Source: a virus | Lineage: Duplodnaviria; Heunggongvirae; Uroviricota; Caudoviricetes | DNA length: 41,213 bases | Virus record (IMG/VR): IMGVR_UViG_2554235185_000012 | Reading direction: 5' to 3' (one strand) | Position numbers and translations under genes: made by a program | The notes under the pieces: model-generated | Database searches by the model: none | Told to the model about the DNA's origin: nothing | The model's input: only the letters and a program-made list of their open reading frames with translations | Shown here: positions 39,016-41,213 of the stretch, one piece after another | Layout: each line of letters starts with the position of its first letter | Position numbering within the stretch: position 1 is the stretch's first letter

Positions 39016-39929
39016 TTTTTACCCTTAAGTACATACTTTGGACGCTGCTTAACTTCAATGTAAATTCTACCAATATACTCACCGAGCACTCCAATCCCAA
39101 TTAACTGGATGCCGCCAAGAAATAATATTGATACAAGAATTGAAGGGTATCCAGGTACATTATTATCAAAAATTAATTTATCAATTATCATCCATGAACC
39201 GTATGTAAATGATATACATGCAATAAATAACCCAATATAGGTCCACATGCGAAGCGGGAATGTTGAGAAGCTAGTGATCCCTTCCAGCGCCAAGTTCCAT
39301 AGCTTCCATCCATTGAACTTTGTGCTTCCTGCAACGCGTTCTGCTCGCGCATATTCTACGACATCGGTTCGACCACCAACCCAGCTCAGCACACCCTTCA
39401 TAAACAGGTTTCGTTCTGGCATGAGCTTAATGTTTTCTACTACTTCGCGAGACATGAGCCGGAAGTCGCCAACATTCTCTTCTATCTGAGGGTTGCTGAT
39501 TTTGTTATGAAGTTTATAGAACCACTCAGCAGATTTACGCTTCAGCCTGCTGTCAGTGGAGCGGTCAGAGCGTTTAGCCAGAACCATATCTGCACCGGCC
39601 TGCCATTTCTCTATCAAGTGAGGAATAACTTCGATAGGGTCTTGCAGATCAACGTCAATCGGGATAATTGCCTCCCCGGTAGCATGGTCCAGACCTGCGA
39701 ACAGGGCGGGTTCTTTGCCGAAGTTACGTGTGAACGACAGCGAAACAACAAGCGGGTCGGCAACAGCAAGCTCGTTGATAATTGATTCTGTAGCGTCTTT
39801 GCTGCCATCGTTTATGAAGACTATCTCGACTTCATGCTGCTGAAGCCCTTCAAATTCGCGCACAGTTTTATAAAAAATAGGTATCGTGGCCTCTTCGTTA
39901 AAGACCGGAACGACTAAAGAAATTTTCAT
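39012..39929 (-). CDS. gtrB: Bactoprenol glucosyltransferase GtrB (GT2 family)
   Basis: N-terminal GT2 domain ([17 protein letters not shown]) and two C-terminal TM segments. Confidence 0.85.
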   Translation of the reverse strand: MKISLVVPVFNEEATIPIFYKTVREFEGLQQHEVEIVFINDGSKDATESIINELAVADPLVVSLSFTRNFGKEPALFAGLDHATGEAIIPIDVDLQDPIEVIPHLIEKWQAGADMVLAKRSDRSTDSRLKRKSAEWFYKLHNKISNPQIEENVGDFRLMSREVVENIKLMPERNLFMKGVLSWVGGRTDVVEYARAERVAGSTKFNGWKLWNLALEGITSFSTFPLRMWTYIGLFIACISFTYGSWMIIDKLIFDNNVPGYPSILVSILFLGGIQLIGIGVLGEYIGRIYIEVKQRPKYVLKGKK

Positions 39930-40288
39930 TTCGCATCCCTAAAGACAATGAACTTTGAATAGACGAAACCGCACACCAGGCTGATGGCGGAGAAGGTGAC
40001 AAGAGTTATCATCGGGGGAAGTGCGCATCTATCAGCAGCCCATCCAACAGTAGCACTGAGTGTTCCCATGAACCCGACATATAACATGTAGCGCATCGTT
40101 GTAGTTGATGCTTTGAATGTGAATTTTGCATTCGCGAAGAAGCTAAAACTCACAGCCACAACGAAACCTGCGAAGTTTGCCAGAGCCTGATTGGTATGCG
40201 CGGCATAGATACATACACCAAAAACCACCCAGTGTATAAGTGTGTTCAGCACACCAATCGAGGTGTACCTTGCAAATATATTTAACAT
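39926..40288 (-). CDS. gtrA: GtrA flippase-like small membrane protein
   Basis: 120 aa, four hydrophobic segments; overlaps the gtrB start. Confidence 0.8.
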   Translation of the reverse strand: MLNIFARYTSIGVLNTLIHWVVFGVCIYAAHTNQALANFAGFVVAVSFSFFANAKFTFKASTTTMRYMLYVGFMGTLSATVGWAADRCALPPMITLVTFSAISLVCGFVYSKFIVFRDAK

Positions 40289-40450
40289 TTATTTAATCAA
40301 TGAGTTCTGAAAGGTATGAAGTCTATCATCCAAGTCTCAATCGATCGATACTTGCGGTAGTTGATGAGGAAAACTCTGGTACACAAAGCTTTGCACTGGA
40401 CTGCAAGGTGTTGTGCTTCTCTGGAGTGCGATATGTTTGATGACAAAAAA

Positions 40451-40485
40451 TTAGCGCAAGAGGACAAAAAATCACCTTGCGCTAA
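40451..40485 (-). terminator. Inverted repeat TTAGCGCAAG-N15-CTTGCGCTAA with T-run on the minus strand (insulator upstream of the gtr promoter region)
   Basis: Perfect 10-bp inverted repeat; minus-strand reading places TTTTTTGTC after the hairpin. Confidence 0.35.
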
Positions 40486-40631
40486 TGCTCTGTCTCAGGT
40501 CACTAATACCATCTAAGTAGTTGATTCATAGTGACTGGATATGTTGTGTTTTGTAGTATCATGCAGTCTATTTTTTAGACTAAATGTATTTTAACACATT
40601 GATATTATTGGCTTTTGCTGTTTTGCGTTCA

Positions 40632-40646
40632 GCTTTTTTATACTAA
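40632..40646. repeat. attR: attR core (GCTTTTTTATACTAA), preceded by a lambda-like P arm and followed by host B-prime
   Basis: Exact core; downstream CTTGAGCGAAACGGGAAGG is the host side of attB lambda. Confidence 0.9.
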
Positions 40647-40736
40647 CTTGAGCGAAACGGGAAGGTAAAAAGACAAAAAGTTGTTTTTAATACCTTTAAG
40701 TGATACCAGATGGCATAGCGCCATCTGGCAGAGTGA

Positions 40737-41213
40737 TTAACTAAACATCGCAGTAATCGAGGCGCTTGCCAGAGAATGGAAATGGACGTTAAACCCGACC
40801 ATCGCGCCGCTGGCACCTTCATCGACATCAATACGTTCTACATCCAGCGCGTGAACGGTAAAAATGTAGCGATGGGTTTCGCCTTTCGGCGGCGCTGCAC
40901 CATCGTACCCGGTTTTACCAAAGTCGGTACGCGTCTGCAAAACGCCGTCTGGCATTGCTACCAGACCAGAGCCAAACCCTTGCGGTAATACGCGGGTATC
41001 AGCGGGTAAATTAACAACTACCCAGTGCCACCAGCCGGAGCCGGTTGGCGCATCCGGGTCGTAGCAGGTGACAACAAAACTTTTCGTTCCCGCAGGAACA
41101 TCATCCCACGCCAGATGCGGTGAAACATTATCGCCATCGTAACCCATGCCGTTAAAGACATGACGATGTGGCAACTTATCGCCATCGCGCAGATCATTAC
41201 TGATGAGTTTCAT
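40737..41213 (-). CDS. ybhB: Host YbhB, PEBP-family protein; complete
   Basis: 158 aa beginning MKLISNDL, recognised as E. coli YbhB, the gene flanking attB lambda on the bio side. Confidence 0.85.
   Translation of the reverse strand: MKLISNDLRDGDKLPHRHVFNGMGYDGDNVSPHLAWDDVPAGTKSFVVTCYDPDAPTGSGWWHWVVVNLPADTRVLPQGFGSGLVAMPDGVLQTRTDFGKTGYDGAAPPKGETHRYIFTVHALDVERIDVDEGASGAMVGFNVHFHSLASASITAMFS

Larger units (their letters stand above)
1331..40646. mobile_element. Integrated lambdoid prophage (~39.3 kb), mosaic: lambda int/xis/att, HK97-type head, Mu/SfV-like contractile tail, gtr serotype-conversion cassette
   Basis: Bounded by direct repeats of the 15-bp lambda core; int next to attL; complete phage gene order between host ybhC and ybhB. 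Confidence 0.9.

Noticed and set aside
1-41213. Search for tRNA or rRNA genes
   Set aside because: No tRNA-like TpsiC (GGTTCGAATCC-type) motifs or rRNA-like stretches noticed on either strand.

Overview
This window is a complete ~39.3 kb mosaic lambdoid prophage (about 1331..40646) integrated at the E. coli lambda attachment site, between host ybhC (1..1284, minus) and ybhB (40737..41213, minus). Both ends carry the 15-bp lambda core GCTTTTTTATACTAA (attL 1331..1345, attR 40632..40646). Left to right: lambda-type int/xis; a leftward early operon of conserved uncharacterized genes (YfdT/S/R/Q/P-like sizes, including an HD phosphohydrolase); an immunity region with a LexA-like CI repressor, a cro-like gene and mirror-image pL/pR promoters sharing an operator palindrome; a replication initiator with embedded iterons; a nin-like region (PerC-like, Dam-like methyltransferase, LexA-DNA-binding-like, RusA, KilA-N, DUF968, Q-like); a lysis cassette (holin, lambda R-type endolysin, overlapped Rz/Rz1); HNH endonuclease, terminase, HK97-type portal, protease and capsid; a Mu/SfV-like contractile tail module; tail fiber and assembly protein; and a gtrA-gtrB-gtrC O-antigen glucosylation cassette next to attR. 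No rRNA, tRNA or CRISPR array was seen. The strongest candidate for an undescribed system is a two-gene AT-rich cargo operon at the lambda bor position (16831..18018, minus): a protein with an RNxxxH (HEPN-like) motif followed by a ClpP-fold Ser/His protease. A second candidate is a zinc-ribbon plus coiled-coil membrane protein pair immediately downstream of cI (the rexA/rexB position), and a third is a single antisense gene between Q and the holin. All calls rest on reading the sequence and recalled family signatures; no database search was run.
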